NCBI GenBank assembly: GCA_030698695.1
Contig: JAUYMR010000042.1
Span: 3,174-67,173, forward strand
DNA length: 64,000 nt
Source of the DNA: a bacterium
GTDB lineage: Bacteria; Patescibacteriota; Minisyncoccia; UBA6257; WO2-44-18
Reading direction: 5' to 3'
Shown here: piece after piece, positions 10,606 through 20,214 of the stretch
Layout: each line of letters opens with the position of its first letter
Numbering within the stretch: the first letter of the stretch is position 1
Notes under the pieces: generated by a model
Seen by the model: the letters and a program-made list of their open reading frames with translations, nothing else
Told to the model about the DNA's origin: nothing
Database searches by the model: none
Translations under genes and position numbers: made by a program

Positions 10606-12750
10606 TTATTCTATTGGCAAAGCAAAATAAAAATCGGTTCCCTTGTCTCGACCTTCAGAATAAAACCATATATCTCCGCCATGCGCTCTAATAAAAGATC
10701 TGGCGATAAACATGCCCAACCCCAAACCATCTGGCAAAGTGGTTCTGGCTTTATCTCCTCGGAAAAACTGATCAAAAATGTGCCCCTTCTCATCTCCATC
10801 AATACCAATACCCTGATCACTCACGCTGATTACGACTCTGTTCTTATCTCCAACTTGATCCAAACTTGAAGTAATTTTAATCTCACCGTCCTTATGAGAA
10901 TAGGCTATGGCATTACTTATAATAACCTTTAAAATTCTTTTCAACTTGTCATAATCCGCCGGCACAATGACTGCCCTACTCTTAAAATCTCGGCTAATAA
11001 CCAAACGCTTCGGGAAAATAATGTCTTTAAAATCCTTAATAATTTCATTAACTATTTCCGATAAATCACAATCAGTCTTTTTGACCAACAATTTCCTGTC
11101 ATAAATATCTAAAGCCACCAAAATATCGTCCAATTGGCCGCCCAAAAAAACCGTACTCTGATAGGCGTTATCAACCATTTTCCGCCTATCTGCTTCCGAT
11201 AGCTTGTTTTGAGATAAAGATTCCAAAGACCATCTCAAAGCCGAAACTGGTGTGCGTAGTTGATGAGAAACTACGTTTATAAATTTTGATTTAGATTCGG
11301 ATAATTCTTTAACATCCGAATAAAGTTTGGCATTCTGGATCGCAAAACCAGCCTCGGCGGTAAATATATTCAATAAATTCATATCCTGATGAAAATAACC
11401 CTCACCGGATAATTTACTGCCAAGAACCAATATGGCAATCTCAGCGTCTTCGGCCATAATTGGGATCACTACGTCAATATCGTGAGACCTCATAACTTGT
11501 TTAATCGGCCCCTCTTCTAGGTAGTCAAAAGCTAATTCTATGGGGCGGGGGTCTCTGACCGTGGAGAGAGTTGAAAAATTGTTTGTTGATTGAAGGTGTA
11601 ACAAACTCTCCAATTCTTTGGCTGTGTCGTCCCCAAAACCAAATCCCATATCAAATTGGTTGATGATTTTATGATCATCAACCAACAACCAAGCTCCCTT
11701 GGCAATACCCATTTGTTCGGTTAAAAGCTTTAATGTTTCATTAGTCATTTTCTCCAAATCAACTGTACGACTAATGATGTTATTAAGCCGCGTCAGTAAT
11801 TCATCGGGGTCATAACGAACAGCATGAAATATTCTATTGGTTAGCTGTCTAAAAAAACTCTCTAAGGGACGGAAAGTAGTCAAAATCAATAAGGCCAATG
11901 CTATTGATATCGCCGATACGGTAATATCAAACTGCAATCCCAAAACCTCTTTGATAACAGCCAGTAAAACGAAGGCGTAAGCTACGGTTAAAACGGCCAT
12001 AGTCAATAAAAATGATGCCGCCCGTATTATAAAAATTCTAATATCAAAAAGACGATGCTTGATAATGGCGTAAGCGGTAAAAGCTACGAAGGGAAAGATG
12101 AAAATAGCGGCGAACGGCAAATAAGAAGGGTTATTAAAGACAACTGGCAAGAAAAAATTAGTCATCATAACGGCCAAAAACATGGCGGCAACTCCGGTGG
12201 TAACAAAAATAAATTTTCTACGATTATTTTTATCGGCCTTAAAAGTTTTAACCACTAAAATCACCAATCCAACAATGGCATAGCCAACAGTAGTCATGCC
12301 GAATACGGGCATCAACGGACCATTGACGGCTGACAATATAATGCCGTCGGGAGATAAAAACCCCACCTCTTTTAAAACCAATGGCGTCAACGTCAAAATA
12401 GAAATAATTGATGTCCAAATACTCAATATAATCACATAAATTTTTGATAATTTTATACGCTGATCGGGGAATGACAAAGCGAATAGAAAAAAAGAAAAGG
12501 TATATAAAGTGGCCGTAAACAGCGTCAAGCGCAGAACAGAAAAAGCATAGAAAACCGGCAATGGCCGGGAGCTAAGATAGTTAGCTATAGACCAAAAAGC
12601 TATAAAAAATGTAAATAGAAAGAACGTTATGTGGGTGGCGCTCCGACGCAATGATAAAAACACAATAAAACCCAAAATCACTGTCGCCATAATAGCCAAC
12701 CCGACAACAGAAAAATCCCAATTTATTAATAGAGGGTAGGTGGCTTGCAT
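10606..12750 (-). CDS. Sensor histidine kinase with N-terminal multi-TM (HisKA_7TM-like) domain and GAF-like region
   Basis: About 7-9 TM helices, AYAIIKHRLFDI, LGSKLSGEGY..D..LL..F...AIQNAKLY, H-box SHQLRTP, DQGIG and GLGLG boxes. Confidence 0.9.
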   Translation of the reverse strand: MQATYPLLINWDFSVVGLAIMATVILGFIVFLSLRRSATHITFFLFTFFIAFWSIANYLSSRPLPVFYAFSVLRLTLFTATLYTFSFFLFALSFPDQRIKLSKIYVIILSIWTSIISILTLTPLVLKEVGFLSPDGIILSAVNGPLMPVFGMTTVGYAIVGLVILVVKTFKADKNNRRKFIFVTTGVAAMFLAVMMTNFFLPVVFNNPSYLPFAAIFIFPFVAFTAYAIIKHRLFDIRIFIIRAASFLLTMAVLTVAYAFVLLAVIKEVLGLQFDITVSAISIALALLILTTFRPLESFFRQLTNRIFHAVRYDPDELLTRLNNIISRTVDLEKMTNETLKLLTEQMGIAKGAWLLVDDHKIINQFDMGFGFGDDTAKELESLLHLQSTNNFSTLSTVRDPRPIELAFDYLEEGPIKQVMRSHDIDVVIPIMAEDAEIAILVLGSKLSGEGYFHQDMNLLNIFTAEAGFAIQNAKLYSDVKELSESKSKFINVVSHQLRTPVSALRWSLESLSQNKLSEADRRKMVDNAYQSTVFLGGQLDDILVALDIYDRKLLVKKTDCDLSEIVNEIIKDFKDIIFPKRLVISRDFKSRAVIVPADYDKLKRILKVIISNAIAYSHKDGEIKITSSLDQVGDKNRVVISVSDQGIGIDGDEKGHIFDQFFRGDKARTTLPDGLGLGMFIARSFIRAHGGDIWFYSEGRDKGTDFYFALPIE

Positions 12751-12752
12751 AT

Positions 12753-13535
12753 TTAATTATAACTGGCCATTTTTTTAAAAAACTCCATTTTGTGTTCTAG
12801 AACACACCTTTCTGCCTCGGGATGCCAAAAACGATTCTTCATAAATCCTATAAAATCTTTACCGCCGAAAAAATTATGCTTAAGAGGCTTCAATCCGTTG
12901 TTAAAATCTTCACAATTCAGACACTTAGTCTCTACGTTTTTATATTTTTCAGAGATATCAATAGCATATTCTAATGTGCCTTCGGGCACTATTTCGTCAT
13001 CATCACAAATAAATAATAGGGTACGAATATTGGGTGGGATGTGTTCTAATTTAACAGCCGGCCGAACTACGCCCTGCGGATAGAAAATAAGGGGCGATAT
13101 GCCAAACAGGCCGACTATATGATTTTTAAGATTTCTCACGCTATGTTTTTTAATTTCTTCATCTGACGGCTCCTGAACCACTCTTCCAGCGAAAACGAAT
13201 CCCCCACTCATACCGCCAAGCACAATCTTGCTCTTTCCTCGACTCAAACACTCTTTAATGCCTTCTTCTATCTTATCAAAAACCCTACTCTCAGGAAAGG
13301 AATTGGCAAATTTAATCCTCCTCTGATAAGCCCCGGGCAACACCGTAAGTTTTAAGACTTTCCAAAAAGTCTTCTTCTCATAAGAATCGTCAAAAATATC
13401 AACACCGACAACAAACGCGCCCTCTTTAACAATGGGGTCAAAAACATCCATCATTGACTTGGTCAACCCTATGATGGGACTTATAAAAACAATTCCCAGA
13501 TTATTTAAATTATTATTGTTTTCCGATGCCAGCAT
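12753..13535 (-). CDS. Alpha/beta hydrolase fold protein
   Basis: GMSGG nucleophile elbow, DDDEIVP and KHNFF give a plausible Ser-Asp-His triad. Confidence 0.6.
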   Translation of the reverse strand: MLASENNNNLNNLGIVFISPIIGLTKSMMDVFDPIVKEGAFVVGVDIFDDSYEKKTFWKVLKLTVLPGAYQRRIKFANSFPESRVFDKIEEGIKECLSRGKSKIVLGGMSGGFVFAGRVVQEPSDEEIKKHSVRNLKNHIVGLFGISPLIFYPQGVVRPAVKLEHIPPNIRTLLFICDDDEIVPEGTLEYAIDISEKYKNVETKCLNCEDFNNGLKPLKHNFFGGKDFIGFMKNRFWHPEAERCVLEHKMEFFKKMASYN

Positions 13536-14619
13536 GATGATTTTTATTATTTAATTTAGATATCAGTTTTTCTTCTACCGAAATACGCGAACTAAAAGAG
13601 CTGGCAGGTCCGGCCTCGCCAAGCCTAAACATCATAGCAATAGTTTCGTTACCCACATCAAATGTTCTTTTTATATCGTCATAAGCGGACTTCATCAAGC
13701 TTATATGATATGAAGATAATAAATTTTCGGTTTTTTCAGAGATTATGCGTTGAGCAAAAAACAATGTGGCGGTTACCGGCTGTAAAACCAAACCGAACGA
13801 AGTAGCTTTCAACCACACTCTTTGCATCAATCTACCGGCATTTACATAATCTCTGCTATTGTTGCCGCTCATTGTTATAATTCCCATCGCGGACCCACTG
13901 GCATAAAGCTTAGAATCTTCTTTAGCAATAAATCTCGGCAAACCCAAATGAATGGCTAACTTCATAAGCGGCCAATTCTTAGCTAGTCTAAACATTATTT
14001 TTTGAACAGGATTAAACTCCATCGCATTGATATACAATCCATGACGCAATCTTTTTTCTCTTGATTCATTCCAAACCACATCTTTGAACAATAGGCCATG
14101 AAGTTTTTTATTCTCTAAAATAACTATTTCGGCTAACGCCCCAGCTTTGCCGGCTATTTGTTTTTCTTTTTCGGATTCTAATAACTTAATCCCACCCGAT
14201 TCCGACTCTTGAGATGCCCTCAAAATACCGCTCCTTTGCTCCGCCGTTAACGGAATATTTTTATATGGCCTGCGATTAGTGTGGCGTTTTTTAATAAATT
14301 CAAAAAGAGCATCTTGTCGGACGCTGTCTGACTTTGAAAAAAACACCTCTGCCACTAAATTTTTATCAGTAGCTGACGGAAATAAATCAACTTTTGAAGA
14401 ATAGCCAAAATGCGAAGCGGCAATGACCATATTTTCAATCAATCCACCATGAGCAATATAAGAACCGCTTTGTTCAAAATTTAAATAAGGATTATCTTTA
14501 TCCGGTAAATTATATATCAAAAGACTATCTCCACCTATCTGAAATGCCCATGGCTGGCTATTATCTCCCGATGGAGCCCAAATGGCATAATCTAAAATGT
14601 CTTTAATATAACCCGACAT
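13513..14619 (-). CDS. Nitroreductase-fold flavoprotein (Acg/Rv1355c C-terminal/OxzB oxidase-like)
   Basis: AIWAPSGDNSQPW, IKKRHTNRRPY, AGRLMQRVWLKAT..GL..QP, MMFRLG. Confidence 0.85.
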   Translation of the reverse strand: MSGYIKDILDYAIWAPSGDNSQPWAFQIGGDSLLIYNLPDKDNPYLNFEQSGSYIAHGGLIENMVIAASHFGYSSKVDLFPSATDKNLVAEVFFSKSDSVRQDALFEFIKKRHTNRRPYKNIPLTAEQRSGILRASQESESGGIKLLESEKEKQIAGKAGALAEIVILENKKLHGLLFKDVVWNESREKRLRHGLYINAMEFNPVQKIMFRLAKNWPLMKLAIHLGLPRFIAKEDSKLYASGSAMGIITMSGNNSRDYVNAGRLMQRVWLKATSFGLVLQPVTATLFFAQRIISEKTENLLSSYHISLMKSAYDDIKRTFDVGNETIAMMFRLGEAGPASSFSSRISVEEKLISKLNNKNHHAGIGKQ

Positions 14620-14664
14620 ATCTCATTAAATTATACCACCTAGAACTCTAGGCATAAACTCAGT

Positions 14665-16161
14665 CTATTTTTTTACCCATTTTTGCTTACCGCCAGAATG
14701 GAAATATAGCGGATGTTCATAGGGCCAAAGAGTTAATCTAGGCAACATCCTAATTTTCGTTTGGTTATAACTCTCTCTGTATTCAGAATTTTCTTTCAGC
14801 AGATGGTTAATAATGATTGATCTAATCTTATCGCTAAGCTGTTTGGATTTTTTAATTTTCCGCCGTAATTCAATATTGATTTTAAAAACTTGATTTTGTC
14901 CTTTGTCTCTATCAACTACCATAGTGAATTTGCCCGTAATATTTTTTGATAAACTGCTAGCGCCCAAAGCCCTCCTTATTGTTTCCGGATATATATTAAA
15001 ACCGTTTAGAGTAACCACAAAATCACTTCTCTCATAAACAAAAACAAACGGCAATCTTTGAATTGTATCTTTGATGCCGGCCTTCTTTATTTCATTTTCC
15101 AAATTGATGCCCGCATTGCGGCAATGCTGAAGCATCTCATCAAAACCAATCACGCCGCCATTATCTTTCAAATCATAACGCGCCAAAGGCAATCCGCTAT
15201 AAGCCGAACATACTAAGCCGCCGTTTATTTCTTCAAAAAAGAACATTTCGGGAAAATATTGAGTTAATGTAGGTAATTTATAAATATCTCCAAAAATTGT
15301 TTTATAAAGCTTCTTGTTTTTGATAGCTAATCTTCTTATTAAAATTGACAATGGAGTCTCATAAGACATCGTTCCTAAATCTACCGTACCATAATGATTT
15401 AGCGTATCACGATAGATATTTTTAAGACCGGCTTGATGGGCTATATAATCTCTAAACTTTTCACTAAAACCTTCGGCTGAAAAGATAAACTTCATATTGT
15501 AATTTCGCCACTTTATTCCCTCGGCCAAGCCTTCATCCAATAAATCTTTAACGAATGGCGGATAACCGCCAATAATTATCTGATTGTAATAAGGAGCTAA
15601 TTTCCTAAATGCCTTTAAAATTTCTGACTTGTTCAATCCGGGATTTATAATGCTCAAAGCATAATCACCGCGACTAACCAAATGTTTAAGAGCTTGATAA
15701 GTAAACAAACCGCCGATCCACGCGCCCATAGCGAAACCGTTTATATATAAAGTTTTATGGCGATCAATTTTAAAATTACTATTTAGATATATTTCAGCAG
15801 TGGTTGCGTACTGCATATCTTGATCATCTTGGCGTGGGAAATAAAAAGGTTCTCCCGTAGATCCCGATGTGACTGAATACACCCAATGCTTTTCAGACAA
15901 TTCGCCACCCCAACATAAATCAACTAACGGGTATTTTTTAAGATATTCGCCCTTATCAAGGGTGGGCAACAATTTAAAATCAGCCATATTTTTAATATCG
16001 CCCATTTTAATGCCGTTGGACTTTAAAAATCTTTTATAGGCTGGCACCTCTTTAACCATTTCTCCGAAAAGACGCAAAGCCATCTGTTCTCCTCTCTTAA
16101 TCCAATAAACAGCCGGCTTGATTTTTAAATCTCTGATAATATTACGAATCTTCTTATTCAT
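14665..16161 (-). CDS. Phenylacetate-CoA ligase (PaaK)-like adenylate-forming enzyme
   Basis: VPAYKRFL, TSGSTGEPFYFPR, GYPPF, YGTVD, PLARYDLKD, ERSD, NIYPE. Confidence 0.88.
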   Translation of the reverse strand: MNKKIRNIIRDLKIKPAVYWIKRGEQMALRLFGEMVKEVPAYKRFLKSNGIKMGDIKNMADFKLLPTLDKGEYLKKYPLVDLCWGGELSEKHWVYSVTSGSTGEPFYFPRQDDQDMQYATTAEIYLNSNFKIDRHKTLYINGFAMGAWIGGLFTYQALKHLVSRGDYALSIINPGLNKSEILKAFRKLAPYYNQIIIGGYPPFVKDLLDEGLAEGIKWRNYNMKFIFSAEGFSEKFRDYIAHQAGLKNIYRDTLNHYGTVDLGTMSYETPLSILIRRLAIKNKKLYKTIFGDIYKLPTLTQYFPEMFFFEEINGGLVCSAYSGLPLARYDLKDNGGVIGFDEMLQHCRNAGINLENEIKKAGIKDTIQRLPFVFVYERSDFVVTLNGFNIYPETIRRALGASSLSKNITGKFTMVVDRDKGQNQVFKINIELRRKIKKSKQLSDKIRSIIINHLLKENSEYRESYNQTKIRMLPRLTLWPYEHPLYFHSGGKQKWVKK

Positions 16162-16265
16162 ACATATCGTATCTTTATATGATAACAAAATACTCACAGA
16201 AAAGCCCCAATTTTCATCGGGAACTAAAATTCAATTAAGTCTATATGGGTTATTTATATGCCCCG

Positions 16266-17315
16266 CTAATAAGCATCAACCTTGGCCCTGGCCATTGAGT
16301 CGGCAATAAAATCCGTAGATTTACGCATTTTAGAACTTTTAACAAAAATATCGCCGAGAGTCTTTTTTATCATTTTGACCCGGTTGATTATTAGCTTCTT
16401 ATTAATTTTATTTTCATATTCACTGACTACGCTTATTAATCCGCCAGCATTTACTACATAATCTGGCGCATATAAAATACCGGAGCGGTACAACAACTCC
16501 CCCGCCTTATCGTTAGCTAATTGATTGTTGGCGCCGCCTAAAACAATCTGACATCTCAATTCTTTAATAGTTTTGTTATTTAGTATGCCGCTCATGGCGC
16601 ATGGTGAATAAACGTCTACCCTTTGCTCGTGTATCTTAGAGGGTGAAATGGCAATTACTTTGGGGAATCTCTTTTCTATTGATTTTACTTTGTCTTTATC
16701 AATATCCGAAACAAATATTTTTTGATTGGAATTATCGCTATAAATCAATTTCAAAAATTCAGAACCAACCTTTCCAAGGCCGGCTATGGCAAAATTAGTT
16801 TCAGTCACATCTTTTTCGCCGAAAACCTCTCTTAAGGCCGCCTCCAAACCATAAAATAATCCCAAGCCAGTAAACTCAGTCGGATCTATTTTGGAACCAA
16901 CCATAAAAGGACTGGTGCGGCTCATCGTTTTAACGTCTGCCTGAGTCAAGCCGATGTCCGAACCGGTAATAAAAAGACCTTCTAATAGATTTACCCTTTC
17001 GGCATAAGCTTTCAATAAAGCGCTTGATTTGGGAACTGATCCAGATATAACAGCTTTAGCGCCTCCATATGGCAATCCCGCCATAGCCGCTTTATAAGAC
17101 ATTAATTTAGACAATCTCAAAACATCTTTAATAGCCTCCAATTGAGAACTATATGGCCATAAACGAGTGGCGCCAAAAGATGGAAATTTCTTGTTCTTCC
17201 GATGAATACCTATAAAACCCTTCAGGCCAATATTAGAATCATTCAAAAAGACCACTTTATGATGGTTGTCATATTCAACTAATTTTTCTACATCAAAACT
17301 GTGTCTAAAAGACAT
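16266..17315 (-). CDS. Glu/Leu/Phe/Val dehydrogenase family (Leu/Phe/Val type)
   Basis: MSYKAAMAGLPYGGAKAVI, GLGKVG, PCAM, GGANNQL, YAPDYVVNAGG. Confidence 0.92.
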   Translation of the reverse strand: MSFRHSFDVEKLVEYDNHHKVVFLNDSNIGLKGFIGIHRKNKKFPSFGATRLWPYSSQLEAIKDVLRLSKLMSYKAAMAGLPYGGAKAVISGSVPKSSALLKAYAERVNLLEGLFITGSDIGLTQADVKTMSRTSPFMVGSKIDPTEFTGLGLFYGLEAALREVFGEKDVTETNFAIAGLGKVGSEFLKLIYSDNSNQKIFVSDIDKDKVKSIEKRFPKVIAISPSKIHEQRVDVYSPCAMSGILNNKTIKELRCQIVLGGANNQLANDKAGELLYRSGILYAPDYVVNAGGLISVVSEYENKINKKLIINRVKMIKKTLGDIFVKSSKMRKSTDFIADSMARAKVDAY

Positions 17316-17322
17316 TGTTAGA

Positions 17323-18405
17323 TTAAAGATGCGGGTTGATGTGGATTCGCGCTACCAGCTGCTTGTCTTTGCTTAAAGCAATCTTCTTGAGGGCATAGAC
17401 CGCGTACACGCCCCCCAACATAGCAGCACTACCCAATTGAGGCCAAGAAACTAATTTTTTACTAATAACTTTTTTCACCGATTTTATCATTTCGGGATCC
17501 ACCAAATGTATTCCTCCGACAATATCTTTCATTATAATACTACCAACCATCTGCATTTTATTTATCTTAGGATCGCCGAATTCTCTAAGTTTTCTATTCC
17601 AATAGCTAAGCGGACGATGAAATATTTTCTTATAGCCCAAATCATAACGCTCAATATGCAAAACTATGCCATTACCGTTATCGGTGACCATTATAACTGG
17701 AACTTTATATTTTAAGGCTAATTTCCTAAGATTTATTTTCATAGGTAAATTATCAATCTCATCAACTAGACAATTTAATTTTTTTTGTGCTAATAGCGGC
17801 TCTAAATTATCTTCCGTTATACCTTTGGGCATAATCCTGACCTTAGCGAACGGATTATCCTCATAGATGCGGCGCGCGGCCAAAACGCATTTATTTAAGC
17901 CAATTTGATGAACTCCGCCAAAAATACGATTAAGATTGGTATTGTCCAAATTATCAAAATCAGCGATAGTTATTTCTCGCGCGATGCCGGCTTGCGTCGC
18001 GACAAAAGCGATATTACTACCAACGCTCATGCCGAATACAGCGACCTTGTAATTATATAACTTCTTTTGTTCCGCCGCGGTAATAAGATCTTGATTACGA
18101 TTTGTCTTTAATCTGAAATAGTCATCGGCGCGAACAGTTTTAACTAGATGATAATTCCACGGATAATACACCCAAACAAAAGATTTTTCTTTTTTAGTTT
18201 TGTATTTTTTAAAATCTTGCGTCTTATAAACAACTTCTTTATCTGCGCCGATGTATTTATGATTATCTATAAAAAACAACTCATTGATCTGGCGATTAAA
18301 AGAATCTACCACAATAACGGCATTATTGCCCCTCTTCAATCTATTAGCTTTGTCGTTGCTTAAAATTAGCGATCTATATTCTGAAGCTTCAAATTTCATA
18401 ATCAT
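17323..18405 (-). CDS. ThiF/E1-like adenylyltransferase, Rv1355c/OxzB type
   Basis: WVYYPW, TNRNQDLIT..EQ, GMSVG, ADFDNLDNTNLNR, DEID, SWPQLGS. Confidence 0.88.
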   Translation of the reverse strand: MIMKFEASEYRSLILSNDKANRLKRGNNAVIVVDSFNRQINELFFIDNHKYIGADKEVVYKTQDFKKYKTKKEKSFVWVYYPWNYHLVKTVRADDYFRLKTNRNQDLITAAEQKKLYNYKVAVFGMSVGSNIAFVATQAGIAREITIADFDNLDNTNLNRIFGGVHQIGLNKCVLAARRIYEDNPFAKVRIMPKGITEDNLEPLLAQKKLNCLVDEIDNLPMKINLRKLALKYKVPVIMVTDNGNGIVLHIERYDLGYKKIFHRPLSYWNRKLREFGDPKINKMQMVGSIIMKDIVGGIHLVDPEMIKSVKKVISKKLVSWPQLGSAAMLGGVYAVYALKKIALSKDKQLVARIHINPHL

Positions 18406-18418
18406 ATCATTTAAAAAA

Positions 18419-19897
18419 TTAATCTTGTTTGGGGACGGGCAGACTCAGCCAGAATGTAACCCCATTGCCATCTTTTATCGGCGATTCAAACCATATTTTG
18501 CCTTGATTGGCCTCCATGGCCAGCTTAGCTATAAAAAGACCTAGGCCGCTACCGCGCGGTCTCAATTTTTGAGCCAATGGCCCACGATAGAATTTATTAA
18601 ATATTTTATCGTGCTCAATTTCGGGTATGCCCGGACCATCATTGCGTATGCCTATAAGATATTCATCGTTCCTCTTGCTAACACTAACGGCTACTGCCGA
18701 ACCTTCGGGAGAATAAGCAATCGCATTATCTAAAATATTCTCAAACGCCTCACTAAATAGCGCCCTATCTATAGACAATGTTTTTATGTCATCGGTTATA
18801 GATAACTCCACTCTAACATTACGAGATTTCGCGACTGGCTCAAATAAGGTCATCGTCTCCCTAATTAACTCACTAATATCAGTAGGCTGTCGCTTTGATG
18901 CTACGGAACCGGCTTCCAATCTAGAAATGCTCAACAAATCACCCACTAAAGAGATTAATCTTTCGTTTGATTCATATATGTTGGCCAGCTTTTCTTCTTG
19001 TTTATCAGAAAAATGATCGTCTTTGCGCAAAGACTCTATTAACCATTTCATAGACGATAAAGGTGTACGCAACTGATGCGAAGCAATAGAAATAAATTCT
19101 GTCTTAGATTTGTTCATCTCTTCTAACTCTCTAACGTTGCGAGTCAGCGCGTCTCCCATGCGGCTTACAGATTTATATAAACCACCTATTTCGCCATCGG
19201 CTAGCCGTTTGGGAATTATTTCCACCCTACCTTCGGCTATATTATTAGCCAAACTGGACACCTCTTTAATCGGTTCCAAAACACTTCTGTAAGCGTAGAC
19301 CATAAAGGCCACTCCTCCCAAAGTAACCAATAACCAAGCGGCAGAAAAAATAGGATAAAACAAAACCGCATTATTTTCAAAACTCTCTATCTGATCGGCA
19401 CTAACTTGGCGCAATATTACCAATAAAATATCGCTATTGACGCTAATATCATTTAGTAAATTTATTGATAATGGATTGGCGAGATAATCATTGACAGACT
19501 GCTTAAGCGCTAAGAATGATTCATATTCTAGCTGGGATAAAACTAATAAATTATCGCTAAGATATCGTTTATTGTCCGGCAAAAACAATCCATAATTATT
19601 CTCATAGTCCGCTATAGATGTATTCAGTCTGGCTTTCTGCTCCTTGATTAGATTTTCATATTCTGATTGAGTATATAAATTAGCGCTTCTCGCCAAAATG
19701 TCCAATCTTAAAGAAGTCTCCCGAATATCAGCCGCTGTCCTTCTTCCATTGGTAACAACATTTTCCTGTTGACTAATATAATTGACGGCATCGTTATAGA
19801 TATAAACGCTAAAAATGGCGCTTAAAAAAACCGGGATAGTGGCCAATATCACAAATCTCAAACCAAACTTTTCCGAAAGAGGCATTCTTGATTTCAT
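18419..19897 (-). CDS. HAMP-domain sensor histidine kinase with extracytoplasmic sensor
   Basis: Two TM helices flanking a helical domain, HAMP (EIGGL), SHQLRTPLS, DGPGIP, GSGLGL. Confidence 0.92.
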   Translation of the reverse strand: MKSRMPLSEKFGLRFVILATIPVFLSAIFSVYIYNDAVNYISQQENVVTNGRRTAADIRETSLRLDILARSANLYTQSEYENLIKEQKARLNTSIADYENNYGLFLPDNKRYLSDNLLVLSQLEYESFLALKQSVNDYLANPLSINLLNDISVNSDILLVILRQVSADQIESFENNAVLFYPIFSAAWLLVTLGGVAFMVYAYRSVLEPIKEVSSLANNIAEGRVEIIPKRLADGEIGGLYKSVSRMGDALTRNVRELEEMNKSKTEFISIASHQLRTPLSSMKWLIESLRKDDHFSDKQEEKLANIYESNERLISLVGDLLSISRLEAGSVASKRQPTDISELIRETMTLFEPVAKSRNVRVELSITDDIKTLSIDRALFSEAFENILDNAIAYSPEGSAVAVSVSKRNDEYLIGIRNDGPGIPEIEHDKIFNKFYRGPLAQKLRPRGSGLGLFIAKLAMEANQGKIWFESPIKDGNGVTFWLSLPVPKQD

Positions 19898-20066
19898 TAT
19901 TTAATTGTATCACAACCAGATAGATAATTACTTAAATATATCCCCACATTCCTTCAAGACGATTGATTTTGAAAATACTTCGCGCGATTGTATTCCCTCG
20001 TCGTTTTATTCCTCACGACAATTGAAAATCTATTCCTCGCTATACTCGCAATGATTTCCTAATTAG

Positions 20067-20138
20067 TTGCGGGGGTGGGAGTTGAACCCACTGCCTCCTG
20101 GTTATGAGCCAGACGAGCTACCGTTGCTCTACCCCGCG
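20067..20138 (-). tRNA. Initiator tRNA-fMet (CAT)
   Basis: CGCGGGG...CCCCGCA-A with C1:A72 mismatch, CTCATAA loop; CCA not encoded. Confidence 0.9.
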
Positions 20139-20214
20139 TGAATAGTGTATCACAATTGTTGCCAAATGCAAAAATTGGTAACCTTAAGCCATGATTCCGC
20201 GGGCTCGCCATAAT

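Noticed and set aside
12753-18405. RiPP (TOMM/microcin-like) interpretation of ThiF + nitroreductase
   Set aside because: No YcaO, precursor peptide or exporter is visible, and the ThiF motifs fit the Rv1355c/OxzB type.
10026-20066. Signalling locus as an integrase-mobilised island
   Set aside because: It is flanked by tRNAs, but I found no integrase and no duplicated tRNA 3' end, so mobility is unsupported.
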